The position numbers were made by a program, and so were the translations under genes. From Dicyema japonicum (taxonomy: Eukaryota; Animalia; Dicyemida), in NCBI GenBank assembly GCA_011109175.1, contig RDEW01000091.1:54818-118817 (forward strand): DNA of 64,000 nucleotides, read 5' to 3'. The notes below the pieces were generated by a model. That model did no database searches and was not told where the DNA came from. It saw nothing but the letters and a program-made list of their open reading frames with translations. Shown one piece after another: positions 40,301 to 53,771 of this stretch (its first letter is position 1; the number at the start of each line of letters is the position of its first letter).

Positions 40301-41420
40301 TATCTTCAATATTCACTCGAGGCTTCTCTATGTTGATTTTTTAAACTTTAACGAATAGAAATCATCTTTTTGAATGTCATTAATTAATACAATGTTCATC
40401 TACAATGCCAGAACTGACCTATCTTTGGGAGTGACCGGCATTTGCTACGACCTATTTAGGCCGACTATAATTTAGTGAAAAAGGGGTTACTTAACTAACT
40501 AATTAAAAGTGGTGGTCAACAACTAAACAAGAATCATTAAATATTTAATTTTTAACTAAAAAATACCATATATGATTTTTGTGTAGGAAACTGGTAGTCA
40601 CTATCTCACTATCAGTATTTGATTAGACGTATAAATTTATTGGGTGATCAAATTGACCCTACTGTTGATGGATCTCACAATAAAGCAATGATCTCGCAAC
40701 AAATAATCAACGTTTATAGTATTATAAAGTGAAAAAATAGATTGCTTCAATAACGAAGTTAATTTTTCCAGAATCTACCGAATACAGAGTCCAGTCATCT
40801 TGAATAATTAAACAAATTTCTTTTTGAAGTAAAATTACCCCGAAAAAATTTGTTGACCCATCTGGAATTTTGAAAGATTTAAGTAACTCAAAATTATTTT
40901 TGATTATTTGACCGGGATCAACGATTAGTTGACATTAGAGGTCCGAGACTAACTATAGATAACTTAAAAGTTTTGTGGAACTAACTACGTTTTTATTAAC
41001 ATTTTTACAAATAATTCTGGCATTAAAATCTCAGAGTACATAATTTGTTGAGAATTATACGACTGTGACACTTTAGCTTCATGATAATAATCTCAAACAC
41101 CTTGGATGAAACGCTGGGCCCTCTTCCGCAGTCTATCGACAATTTGATCAACCAGTATTGACTACGTAAGTGACTCGTAGTTAATGGCCATATCCCTATC
41201 CTCTCTCATGAAACTGTCCGCAATCCGTGAAGCTTCCAAAAGAGTCTTGCCGAAAATTTATGTCCTCTTATCTGGAAGCAGATTTGATTGGACAACGACA
41301 GATGATACTGAGAAAGATTCGTCGGATAGCATCTCCCTGTCGATCTGGGTTACTCAGTTTTGGAAATTTTTCTCTTCTTTTAACACGTGTGATACTAATA
41401 AGGTAAAATTATTTTTGCTG
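37300..41420 (+). repeat. Segmental duplicate of ~11700-18110, lacking several insertions
   Basis: Colinear similarity through the unknown ORFs, MTERF, the LINE end, CRE and 17000-18100; empty sites for SINE 15621 and CRE 16193. Confidence 0.9.
38689..39250 (-). pseudogene. MTERF4-like pseudogene
   Basis: LKCGLHSPPRSNQLSYTTNKSLKSVLNCHHLADF retained; frameshifts, internal deletion, N-terminus lost. Confidence 0.8.
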
Positions 41421-41425
41421 TAGAC

Positions 41426-43150
41426 CAGTGCTTTTCAAAAAATAATTCTCGCGGCACACTAATCGTAAAAAAATAATCCACGGCACACATTAAAAAATAA
41501 AAAATTAAATTTTAAGATGTGTAAAACTAAAATTGGTAATTTAATGCCCAAATATTTATTAATAAAAAATGAAATCTTAATTATTATTGTTTTTGCACAT
41601 ATCATCAATATCAGGTTGAATAATTGACAAAGCCACCCGCATTTCAGCATCACTGTTTCTAAAACTTTCACGTTTGTTATATTTCATATTATGCATCGTA
41701 GAAAAACCTGTTTCGCATAAATAGGTCGTTGAAAACTGTAAAATTATGGTCAGTGCTTGTTTTGATAAACTTGGATATATGTTTCGAATATATACAGAAT
41801 TCTCCAATGTCTAACTTCGTCATCATTAATTTTAAGGATCGATCATTAAAAAGTGCAATAAGTTCTTCATTTTCTTTAACAGATAAGTGTTTTGATTCTA
41901 AAAAATATTTAAAAAAATAATAACCCAATCGAATTTTTCAATTTCTAAGTCTGGAAAATAAGCATCAATTTTGTTTTCCAAAATTATTAAATGTTTATTA
42001 ATCAGTCCCTGTATCGATTCACCATGATAAACAAATCGTATATATGCCAACAAATGTGCCATTCTCGAAATATCCGTGGATTCATCAAGTTGTAATGAAA
42101 ACGGAGTTTCTTTAATAGTAAAATGAGACATTATTTTCAATATTTACCGACAAAGCACAAATCCGACGAGAAACAGTGTTATCTGACAAAGACATCTTCA
42201 TTATTTTTTTGTTCACATTTATGACCAAACATAGTCCGAGAAATAATACGACAAGCAGGGATTATTAAATTTTCGCAAATAGTGTGAGGTTTTAGTTGTT
42301 TTGCTATCAATTCTGAGATCAAGTATGAACATTTCCATGATTCCTTTGTGTTTAAAAAAGTTTCACTGAACATCATTTGAATAGATCTACGATTTATAGT
42401 AAAAACTAAAAATACTAGTGTTGTTTTTTTCGCAGTTAGAAATATCTTTTTTATCGTATTCCTCAAATAAACTGTCGTAATTGTTAAAAAACTCTTTAAG
42501 TTTTTTTTTGTCGGATGAGTTTTTTTCACCCGAAATTACTTTGAATAGTAATCATGTCGCTTTTTAAATCGATCAAGCCATCCATTTGATACCTTGAAAT
42601 CATTAAACTCAAATTTGGCAGCAATCTTTTTTGCAATATTTTTGAGGAGACATCCAGATACTGAAATCCCATCCATTCTCAAATTGTTGAAGACTTCGAA
42701 TACTAGTCGATCAATTTGAATAGAAAGGTCGGATTCAAACTTCTTGCATGAAACTTCCTCAAAAAATACTTCTTTGTTTAACGAAATATTTTCCTTTTTA
42801 ATTTCTTTTTTAATTCGAGAAAGTCCTACTGTATATACATTTTTTGACCTAATTAATTTAAAAAGATAAACAAATTAAAATAATTACTAAAATTAAAATA
42901 ATCATTTTTTTATTACAGTAGGACCCCGCCCCAATCAAACCCCGACCCTGGGGCACCCTCTGTATTTGGGGAGATTTTTAAATAAATATAATTATAAATG
43001 ATCTTTTACATTTTTTCACATTTTTCGTTCAATAAATTAAAATAAAACTTTTTGGGGCACTTTATTCAAATTTGTATTTGGCAGGCGGCACACTAGAAAT
43101 TGTCTCGTGGCACACTTAGTGTGCCGTGGCACACCGTTTGACAACCTCTG
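41426..43150 (-). mobile_element. hAT (Buster/Charlie-type) element, internally deleted, with an embedded pogo/Tigger fragment
   Basis: TIRs cagtgcttttcaaa / (rc) cagaggttgtcaaa; perfect 8-bp TSD ctgtagac (41418-41425, 43151-43158); KPHTICENLIIPA, FSLQLDESTD, FSTTYLCETGFS; empty paralog ctatagac near 18108. Confidence 0.92.
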
Positions 43151-43744
43151 CTGTAGACTATTATTTTGATTCAAAAAATAAATAAATTATTTTTTGGAGA
43201 TTTAAGAAGCGAAATCGCTTTTGGCAATAATAAGCAGTTGTCTGGATTGTGGTTGATCAAGAGTTTATGAATATAAGGATATGAAATACTCAATCTATTG
43301 ACGTTCATACAAAAAGTCATCAATAGATGGAGGATAGAAACTAGAAGCTTGGACACCAAAAACCCAACATTCTGGGAGTCTTATCGGAAGGTTTTAGCTC
43401 CTGGATCAAATGTGTTTCGTTGAAATGATCCGATTGTAGTGTTCTCATCTAAATGTCTCTTTTTCTTTCGGAAGCAGCTCAAAAAAATTCAAGTAATTGA
43501 TAGAGTGACTATGCAATATATATGCATAGAAAAACGTAATTTAACATCGATTTTCATTTTTAAAATAAAACAGCAGAATTAAATTTAACATCGAGTTAGT
43601 TTTTCATTTTACTAAAGAGATAGATATAATCTCTGAAAAATCTGTTCGATCTTTAGATTCCAATGAAATATAGAGTTTTCAAGACTTTGATTAGGTTCCG
43701 TCCTATACCTAATTTATTGGTTCAAGAAATGGTCACCGCGATAT

Positions 43745-46700
43745 TATTATTATTATTATCAGCACTGCCGAGAACACATAAAAAAACAAAAGTCAATTAA
43801 GGTTCCCTTGTGCCCCGCCGGCCACCCTTTGCATTAATCGCATCCAAAGGCCTCTCCGTTTCGCAAGATCTCTTAGTTCATCGAGGTCATCCATTGTTTT
43901 CAACTCCTGCCTATGGCTTTTAGGTCCTCATTTAGCGTGATAGGTAAGGTTGTTCTAGGCCTTCCTCGGAATGATTTTGTTTTTTTCCATGAAATATTCA
44001 TCTATTACGTAATTTGCCGGGTCATTCAGGTCCATCCTCAGAATGTGACTGAACAGTCTCCATCTCGATCTTCTGATTTCCATGGATAATGGTTCTGTTT
44101 TGCTCAACTTATATAATTGTTCGTTTTTTGATCTTCATTTTGTAGTGAATATTAAGTGCCTTCCGAAGCATACTGCGGTCGAAACTGTCAATAGACTCCA
44201 TTGCCCGTTTAGACAAACCCCATGTCCCACAGTTTATATATTAGGATGGGCACAACAAAGTATTTGTATATTCATAAGCTTTATTTTTTCCACAAAGTCT
44301 TCTCCCGAACTCCATATTTTAGATAGGCTTCTGAAAGCACCAGATGCAAGGATTTTCCGTCGAGCTACATCTTCCTCGTCCCCAAGAGCGATCCGACCTT
44401 CTTATGTCTTCTCCACGTCTCGTCGGATATCCTCTCTGCACGGCTGAATGATGTAAATTCCGTTTTGTCAGTGTTTATCTTCAAGAACCATTTTTGGAAA
44501 ATGTTAGGAAGATGTTCGTTTATGTACTTGAGAAATTCAGAATCATCCGATACAAAGTCCAGATCGTCTGCGTAAATCAACTCATAATATTGTCCTTTAA
44601 TGGATAATCTGAAATCCCTCAGTGCAGCCTCAAGATAAATAATAAATAGAATAGGAGACAACGAATCCCCTTGTGGAACTCCCCGAGTGGTTTTAAAAAA
44701 ATTGGAAGCGGTATTTCCGATTTTGACAGCCAGGTGAGTATCTTCTAGGAGCAAGGAAATAATTCTAACATCATCCGTGTCTAGAAATGTATTCAGAATG
44801 TTAATAAGTAGTCCCCTGTGTACAGAGTCGAATGCACGACTCATGTCGATCCCCAGAACTTCTATGCATTTTTTGTATTTCTGACATATAGCGCCAGACC
44901 ATCTGTGCGTCCATACTATGTCGGCGGTTGATCTTTTTTCCCTGAAACCGCTTTGTCCAGGCGATAAGAATTTGTCGACTTTCCCTTTGATTCGATTTAA
45001 TACAATGATAGAGAGGGTTTTCCGTAAGACCGATAATAGAATTATTGGTCTTAGACTGTTTGCGGGACCTCTAGGTTTCCCAGGTTTTGGTATTGGAATT
45101 AGCCATCCTCTCCCAATTCCAAGATCGTTTTTGTCTTCAAATGCTTTATTGAGTATGATGGTGATTATTTCACCCAATTCAGTGGGTCCACATTTTATTA
45201 ACTCTGCAGGTATATTATCAGGACCAGCCGCTTTCCTGTAGTTTAGTTTTCCTATTGCCTTGATAGTTTCCGCGATAATAATGGGGCAGTTAAGAGGAGC
45301 CGTTGATGTTATTGGAGATTTGTTTTCAATTTCTTGATTGTTAAAGATGTCATAGTAGTGTGAAGAGACTATGTTCGCCTTTTCAATAACATTCAATACT
45401 GATCGTCCATGTTGGTCGTGAATAACAATATTCCCTGGTCGTTTCTTTTTGCTAATAATCCGAATGGCTTTGAACATTTTGGATCCGTTCTTATATTTCT
45501 TGATTTCATCGACCTGTTCCTCCACTTCCTTTTTTACTTGATATTTTTGAAGTTTTTTGATTTTTGTTAAAATTGAGTTACGAACTATCCTTAGCTCTTT
45601 TTTTAGACTCGGTATATTTGAATTATTAATTCTAATCCTCAAATTCTTTTGTTCTGAAGATAAGTATGATATTTCTTCGTTGTTATATTTGAATTTGTTT
45701 TTGTGAGTAGTCCCCAAAACCAACGACGCGGTATTCTTCATTGCAACTCCAACGTCATTCCACAAATCCTGTGCACTATTGTTTGTATTCATCTTGCTTA
45801 ATTCCTTTCTGAGTTTTTCGCCATACTCTTTCATCTTTATTTCATTGCTTATTAGAGTTTCTGTATCCAATCTTTCGAATTCCGTTTTTCCATATCTTCC
45901 AGGTTTGTACAAACTTCCCAAAGAGAACCGAGTGATCACCAATTTGTGATCACTTGATGTTTCAAGCCCATCGTATGATCTCGAGTTTCGTATTAGGTTT
46001 TTGTTCCTTCTTCTGCACAAGATATAATCAATTTGATTATATATTTTAATCAAGTTGCCATTTTTGTCCTTTCGTGAACCAGTCCAGGTAGTTTTATGTC
46101 TTGCTGGGTGTTCAAAATCAGTGTTCGTAATAAATAAGTTGTAGGATTCGCAGAATTAAACCAATGAGACACCGGATGAATTTCGACGATTCCGAGCATG
46201 TGATCCAATACAAGTCTCTCCATTCCGTACTTTACCAACTCTTGCATTCCAGTCTCCACCAATAAACGTCAGATATGACGACGAAAGTGAGTCATATGTC
46301 CCTGTCAAACATGAGTAAAACGCACCAAGTTCTTCAGGATTGGCATCAGTCCGGACAGCTGTCGGAGCATAAACATTGATGATAGAAATAACAGAGTTGG
46401 GCTTTGTTCCAAACTTCAGTTGCATGATTGCAATACGATCCGAGACAGCCCATACGCGTGTCACACGGTCGTAAAGATCCCTGTGAACCGCAAATCCAAG
46501 ACCATAATGTCGGCAGTCAGAGTCCAAAGTGATCATGTAGTAATCATCCAATTTCGTAATAGAATATGCTGTAATCTTTGTCTCTTGAATGCAGCAAATA
46601 CTGACACCATGGATAGATAAATCACGTGCGAGTTGATGTTTTTTGGTGATGAACTTCAAGCCTCGAGTGTTGAAAGTACCAAGAGAGAATGGGCAACGGG

Positions 46701-46762
46701 TAATTAAGCGCGAAGAAGACATATTTTCAAAGAGGGACGTCACCACCTCAACCAAAAAAAAC
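43745..46762 (-). mobile_element. Full-length (~3.0 kb) RTE-clade LINE, single EN-RT ORF with few lesions
   Basis: 12-bp TSD tcaccgcgatat (43733-43744, 46763-46774); GTFNTRGL, IQETK, GDWNARVG, NQIDYIL, LRPIILLS, QSGFR, DMSRAFD, GVPQGDSLSP, YADD; stop at 46156 and indels near 44240-44380; (taa)n tail. Confidence 0.95.
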
Positions 46763-46789
46763 TCACCGCGATATGGTTAGTTAATTAAA

Positions 46790-46990
46790 CGCCGTCTTCA
46801 GTGGATACTCACTGCGGTACTGGATTGTCTAGAAAAACACACACACAAAAAAAGGAAAAAAAGAAGTGAAAATCATTACTTGGTTCTATGATTAGTTAAA
46901 ATTAACTGTTCTATATTTAAATAAAGTGTTTGTTCTGCCTATGCGGAGCTATAAATACTATGGCTCTTGTGAAAAGGCTTTATTATTATT
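46790..46990 (+). mobile_element. SINE family 1, 5'-truncated
   Basis: Core, 3' stem-loop and (tta)n tail. Confidence 0.85.
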
Positions 46991-47162
46991 CAGAACACCA
47001 CTTAATATTAAAATTTTTAAATTAAAAAAGTTATAGCAGCTTAATATAAATATTAGTAATTAATTAATTTTCAAGTTTTTTATCCAGTCAATTTAGCCGA
47101 AAAAACATTTTCTAATAAAATTATTTTGTGGACATTCTGCATTCTCTATCATAATTAGTTCC

Positions 47163-47405
47163 TCATGTTTGCGTTTTTGATTCGCAAAAAGATTTCTGAA
47201 CTAATCGATTAAAAGTTTTCGAATTAAAGTGTGACGAGCTGATAAAAAGTGCGTCATACCAGACTCTATCGAAAACCTTTGATAAATCATGGTAAAAGAC
47301 ACTAAGCTGATATTTGAAATTCCGGACTTTCCACAAGATCTCCCTGGTCGAGAGCCCCTTTGTTCCTAAACATGCTTCAAATAGGTTACGGAGAACTTCA
47401 AACAA
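47163..47405 (-). mobile_element. LINE RT fragment
   Basis: VFYHDLSKVFDRVWYDAL. Confidence 0.6.
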
Positions 47406-47459
47406 CTTTAAACTTTTTTTGCAAGCTTATCTTAATCTCTAATGATCTCTTAATCTTAA

Positions 47460-48200
47460 TTTTTTTTGGTTGAGCTGGTGACGTGGCTCTAATAAAGTAT
47501 TAACACGTCTGAAAAGTACGAACCTTATCTTTTGGAGAAATTCTCGCTGCTCTCATTCAACGTCCGAGGCCTAACCCCTTCTTGGAAAAGGACCTCCCTC
47601 TGTCAAGACCTACATAATTACGATGTCGCAATTGGTTGCTTACAGGAAACCAAAATCCAATATAACCACGAAGAAACTTGTGGTAAATTCAAATTGATCT
47701 TTCTTCCGACTGTCAACAGGCACTATGGACTGGGTTTTGCCATCAAATGGAATTTTTCCCCCATATCTACAGAGTTGGGCAGTTAATGACCGCATCGGAG
47801 TTCAACAAATGAAGTTTATGAATGCCAAAGCAAGCACTGACATTGTCTCCATTATCAATGTTCACGTACCTCACAGTGGTTGGATTAACAAAGATCCGGC
47901 TCTATTTGATGACTTCTACTCAGATTTATCAGATTTATATTTAGAATTGGCCGACTCCGCACTTTTATTTAAAGCTGGTGATATGAACGCCAAGGTGGGG
48001 AGGAGAACAGATACCGACGAAACGTTTCAAACCGAGGAGGTGAAGTTCCGAGGACGTCCGAGAGCATCACTGGCCACGAAGACCTGAAGAGAATAGGATT
48101 ATCTCTAACTACGGGAGATGACCTGGAATACTTGAGGGATTTGGCTCAGGATCGTGGAAAGTGAAGAAAATTAACTAAAAGATTAATGTTTGGTACTGCA
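47460..48200 (+). mobile_element. Internally deleted RTE element: 5' end plus endonuclease fused to the 3' terminus
   Basis: SFNVRGL, CLQETK, RHYGLGF, AGDMNAKVG followed directly by KFRGRPRASL..DDLEYLRDLAQDRG; 5' motif shared with 43745-46762. Confidence 0.75.
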
Positions 48201-48229
48201 CTGGTATTGTCATTTCTAATGGTATACGT

Positions 48230-49440
48230 AATCAATATTTGATTAAAAAAATAAAAATAATCAATATTTGATTATACGTATAAATTTAAAAAAAGTGAAT
48301 AAAAAGATTTCTTCAATTGAATGGTTAATTTTTAAAAACATCCCAAAAGTTCAAGAAACTCCTGAAAACCGCGTTTGGTCTTCTAAAAATTTAAACACAC
48401 TTTCTTTTTGTTGTTAAAATTACCCCGAAAAATTTGTTCGACCCATCTAGATTTTTTTGAGATTTAAGTAACTTCAAAATTATTTTGACCGGGATCAACG
48501 ACCCTGTTGAGTAAATTAGTTGAGATTTGGTGTCTGAGACTAACTAGAGATAACGTAAAAGTTTTGTGGAACTAATTACGTTTATGAACATTTTTACAAA
48601 TATATTCTGGTTATTAAAAATCTCAGAGAACATAATTTGTCGAGAATTAGACAACTGTGACACTTGTGCATCTTAAAGATAATCTTAAAACCCGTCGGAA
48701 GAACGGTGGGCCCTCTTCCGTAGTCCTTATACAATTTGTTTAACCCGTATTGATCTACGTAAGTGACTCCTGCTCAATAGAAAATTTTCAATTTTCTCTC
48801 CTAAAACTGTGTTCAATTTATGAAGCTTCCAATAGAGTCATTATTGAGACTTTATGTGGTCCCAACTGGAAGCAGTTTTGATTGGACGACTACAAGAAGA
48901 TACTAAGAGAAAGATGCGTCGGATAGCATCTTTCTTGTATCGATCTGGGTTGAATTAGTTTGGGAAAATTTTCTTTTCCTCTTAGCACGGAAATACTAAG
49001 GTTTTAATAAAATTTTAATTTTTAAGTTTGAGGTTAAAAAAATGAGACCTACTATTAACTTTACTTTCACTCCTATTTATTGATTTTATTAATCCAGGAC
49101 CCATCGAAAAGAAAATTATATGTACTCAATTCCACCGCCTATAATGCAGAGAAAAATGACCATCAGAGTTATGGGAACTCCTCCAAAACAAAAAACGTCT
49201 CTTTTTACGCCATCAAGTAATTGATCTGCTCACGAAGCAGGTGAATTAAGAGATGGCAAGTTAACGAAGGAGGGGAGATAAAAAAACGTTGGCAAAAAAA
49301 GAAAACCATTTAAAGCAAGGCACGTCAACCCACGCACCATAGTAACAGGCATGCGAACACAACCACTAGAACTGTAATTAATTCTGTCAATTTTAAATTA
49401 ATAATTCAAAATAATTTAGAGGATTATTTTAAAAATAATG
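48230..49440 (+). repeat. Segmental duplicate of ~17250-18940
   Basis: Colinear similarity; lacks the RTE insertion at 18225-18583. Confidence 0.85.
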
Positions 49441-49449
49441 TATTATAGT

Positions 49450-50530
49450 ACTATTTTACTGAAGCACCTAGGCCATTGAGCCTTGGAACTATTAGCTTAT
49501 ATCTTCAACCTATCCATTAGCACAAATTCAATCACTGAAGTATTGAAAAAAGTCTCTAATCAGACCTATCCGAAAACCCAACAAATCAATAGATGGACCA
49601 TCTTCCTATCGTCCAATATCTATTCTAAGTTCGTTCTCAAGGATCCTTGAAAGGCTTGTTATGGAAAAGGTACAAGACTCAATACCATCGACCCAGCACG
49701 GATTCAGGGTATTCGACCACAACACACCTCACAACCCTCACACAGTTCATTGCTAAAGGAAAAACTCCCCCAAACCCCATCAGAGGACAGTACTTATATC
49801 TGTTGACATCAAAAAAGCGTTCGACCTAGTCCCTAGGGAAACTCCTTACAAAAAAAAGATATTTGAAACCATCATCCATCCAAAATTGAAACTTTGGATT
49901 GGAAAGTTCTTAAATGGAAGACGAGCACAAATACTCTGTAACAACATCAAATCAAGATCTCGCTACTTCCCAAATGGAGTCCATTAAGGCTCCCCACTAT
50001 CACCACAACTCTTCGATCTCTACATAAACGACATGCCACAAACCTGTAATGAAAACAGTCTAATCTTCTCTTATCCGACGATATCATTCTTGCCTCCATG
50101 AACAGAAGCATTCAATCAGCGACTCAATCCGCTCAACAAATGCTCGACAAGCTGGAACTATAACTCTCGAAATGTAGACTCGACAACTCAGCAGCAAAGT
50201 CCTTTGTCACACTGTTTACCAGCTACAAAAGACAACTCTGAATCGAACCAAAAGTCTTTATGAAGAACGAAGCTATCTCTATAAACAAACTCCGAAGATT
50301 CTGAGAGTAACTTTTGATCAGGGACTCACCTTTATCCGGAATATTGAAATCAAAGGAACTTTTGCTCTGAAAAAAATGAAAATTTTAAAAGTGCTCTCAA
50401 AAACACTTAGTGACCAAACTGGTGTCTTTGCCACGATTAATAAACAATTTATCCGACCAACGATGACGTATGCAAGTCCTTCATGGGCAATGCAGATGTA
50501 ACGATCTTCCTCATTGAAATTATCTGCAAT
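49450..50530 (+). mobile_element. I/Jockey-group LINE RT remnant
   Basis: DIKKAFD, NGVH*GS, QFIRPTMTYASPSWAMQ; near-identical to part of 8926-9500. Confidence 0.75.
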
Positions 50531-51511
50531 CGAGGAGACTTGTCTCCAGGAACAAGGAACAACATTGTCCCTTCGGGAAAAATAGTAGGATCCTCTTGTA
50601 GCCTGCCAGGAATTGACCGTCTTCTAAGTAACGTGGATCCAACAACGCGATTGGAGAAAGGAAAATAATTCTCGACCAACTAGCAATATAGCACTATTAA
50701 ATAACTTAATTAAATTAATCTATAAAAAAATCGTGTCAAATTTTCCAAAAAAACCTTTCCAAAAATAGGCCCATGGCTATCTAAGAACTCGTGTTACTAA
50801 AGTTGTTCAAAATATACTTTCTTGTCGATTCCAGTAAGTCTCAGATCAGAGTTTTACAACGACTAACTTATCCTCTTAGATAAATTTCATAAGTAAATGG
50901 GTAGACAAGCCTAAAAGACATATATTCTTTCGATATTGATAGACATGTCAAAGAAATCACTATTAAACCAGCAACTGTTAACTTAACCATCAAAGTTAAT
51001 TGTGGTTCATCGATTTTACAAGACCACTCAATATCGTTAAAAATCTGTGACAAAATGCAAACATACATTCAATCGCTGGTAATCGAAGAGACTTTGAAAT
51101 AACTTAATGTCCAAAATACGAATGAGGCTGAGGTTCGGTGATGTAATATTAAGTTTAACAATTAGATAAATAATAATTTCAAATGGAATGTAAAGTCATC
51201 CAGAAAAAGTGTATTTATGACATAGCTGGAAACATGTTAGATTTTTGAGAAGAGTTATTAACACTAAAATCTGTTAAAATCACTATAAGTGGAAAAAATT
51301 ATTTATTTGGTCAATAATGAATTATATCTCGTATTTGATAAAAATCTTGGTTAAGTTTGTGCATGAAATGTTTTAATTGGCAGATACATTTAAGTTTGAA
51401 TGAAAAATTGTCCATATTTAGGTCAAATATATGAATAATTGATTTCATAAAATCGTTCTAATTAAACAGATTTTTTCAGTTTAACTGATATTGTTACGCT
51501 AAGAAAACGTA

Positions 51512-53771
51512 ATGATTTCTGAAGAGGACAGATTTAAGCAGCTGCTAGATATATGTTTAAAAGAAAACACACTTTTTTTAGATAACGAATTTACAAGTTC
51601 ATTTTAGTTTATTTTATAAAGTCAATAACTTCGATGGAATTTCAGATTTTAAATTGAAACGTATAACGGTACTTTAAGTTTGTGTTAATATTTTCAATTC
51701 AAATATTTATTTGTAGGATGTTTATTCGAATTCAGAGTTCATAGTCGATGATGCTACAAGAAGAGATGTAAACCAAGGACGATTAGGTGAAGCTAATTTT
51801 GACTTAATTTATAGCAAACAGCTGGTTTCTCGCGGCAGTTGCATCGTTAACACTACGTAAAGATCTTTTGCTAAAGGTTATTGGACTGAATATTGGAATA
51901 AATTATGCAGGAATTTATTACATGAAATTTTGGATTGGGGGAATTTACCGAGGTATCATAATCGACGATTTACTTCCTTTTAATGGTGATGAACCTATAT
52001 TCGCGTGGTCAACAACGTTGAACGAAAGTTGGATATGTTTGCTAGAGAAAGCCTATGCCAAGTATCTAATATCTAAAATATGTAGATTATCTGGTTCGTA
52101 TGATGCTTTAAAAATGGAAGTTTGATGGAGGGAATGCTCGACCTTATGGGTGGAGTTGGAATTATTCAATTAGTCTCCGAAATATCAAATCCTGACACTA
52201 TACCAAATTTAGTGAAACAAGCTAGTGATATGAACGGTTTAGCGATGTGTGTAGTTAACGTTGATTTAGTGGAAAAATTTTAGAAATGTAGCGCAAAATA
52301 TTGAAAAATGGACTCGTCAACAAACATGCTTATTCTATCACGGGATCAATTAATCCAAATGATAAAGCAGATGACATTAGACATAAATATCCATCTGAAT
52401 TGTTACTCAGACTGAGAAATCCTTGGGGACATGTTGAGTGGAATGGGCCATGGTCCGATTATTCAGATGAATGGAGAGGTATTGATGAAGACATAAAAAA
52501 TGAAATCGGACTTGTATTTAAAGATGATGGGGAATTTTGGTATTTTGAGTAGAAAAATTTTTAGGATAAGCTTAACGGATTTTCTTGACAATTTTGAATC
52601 TATTCAGGTTTGTATTCCTATCGAAGAAGGAATGAAGGATTATAGCTTCAATGACACATGGCACGATCAAGTTTTTCCCAATTGTATATCTATTTAACGA
52701 TGTTAGATCCATATCGTAATTTCTCTATTGGAGCTTAAGAAGAACTAATAGTTTATCTGTGTCTTTCCCACTATGATTATCGAAGATTTGGACTAAACAT
52801 ACCAAAATCAAAAATAGAAATTTATGACGAAAACAAGTATATAAAAATCAAAGAAAATAGAATATTGATTTACGGATCAATTCAACAAGAACGAGATCAT
52901 CTATTTAGTTTATCTCTTAAGCCTGCTAATTATTTCGTTAACATCACTAAATTTGATGGATTTGATGGACGTTTTTACCTTAGAATTGTTTCTAAAGGAA
53001 ACATCACTGCAAGGCAATATTAATTAAACATAATTATAGAATGCTTGGACAAACATTATTTAGTCATAAAAAAGTGACTTAAATGATTACTTTAGGCATT
53101 TTCTAATCTTAATAACTCTATGACAGCTGATGTGACGAACAAATTTAAGAAACATGGAGATTCTAAGATGAAAATTGATAAAATTCAACTAGGAAAACTT
53201 CTCAACGAATTAAAAATGTCAGGTACCCAATAGATTTATTTTATGACACTAATGAACCAACGTTCAGCTGTTTGATTGTAAATGAGATTTTTTTACATTG
53301 CCTGGTTTTATTTGATTATATGTTTTATAGAAAAGTCGGAGGTACGACTTAGTTATGAACAATTTCAAGAAATATGGAACATGTTGTGCAAAGCCGAAGT
53401 TTGAGGTTTTATCTCATTTCTAGAAGTCATTTATGAAATTTGCATCCAAAAATAATGGAAAATTTAAACCATCGAATATGTGGTCAGCTTTCAAGGATTT
53501 CGGTTTGGATTGTTAAATGACTTAAGGCTACACTCTCGGGATACCTGAATTGGATTTATTGGCAACCAAATACACAGACGAGAATGGAAATTTACCATTT
53601 GATTGTTTTTTTACTTGTTTGGTGAAAATAAAAAACTGCTACGGTTTGAAATTCTAAATATTTTTAGAGCAATTTAGTAATATGCTAAAAGAAGAAAATA
53701 AAACGTTTGGCATTCAAGAGGTTTGAAATTATAAAGATATTCCTTAGTTTATGCAATTGAGACTAACATAA
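51512..53771 (+). pseudogene. Calpain paralog: catalytic Cys to Ser, frameshift and nonsense codon
   Basis: QGRLANSWF (agc at 51820-51822), indel near 52110, caa>taa at 52736-52738; same intron positions as 24621-26888. Confidence 0.88.
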
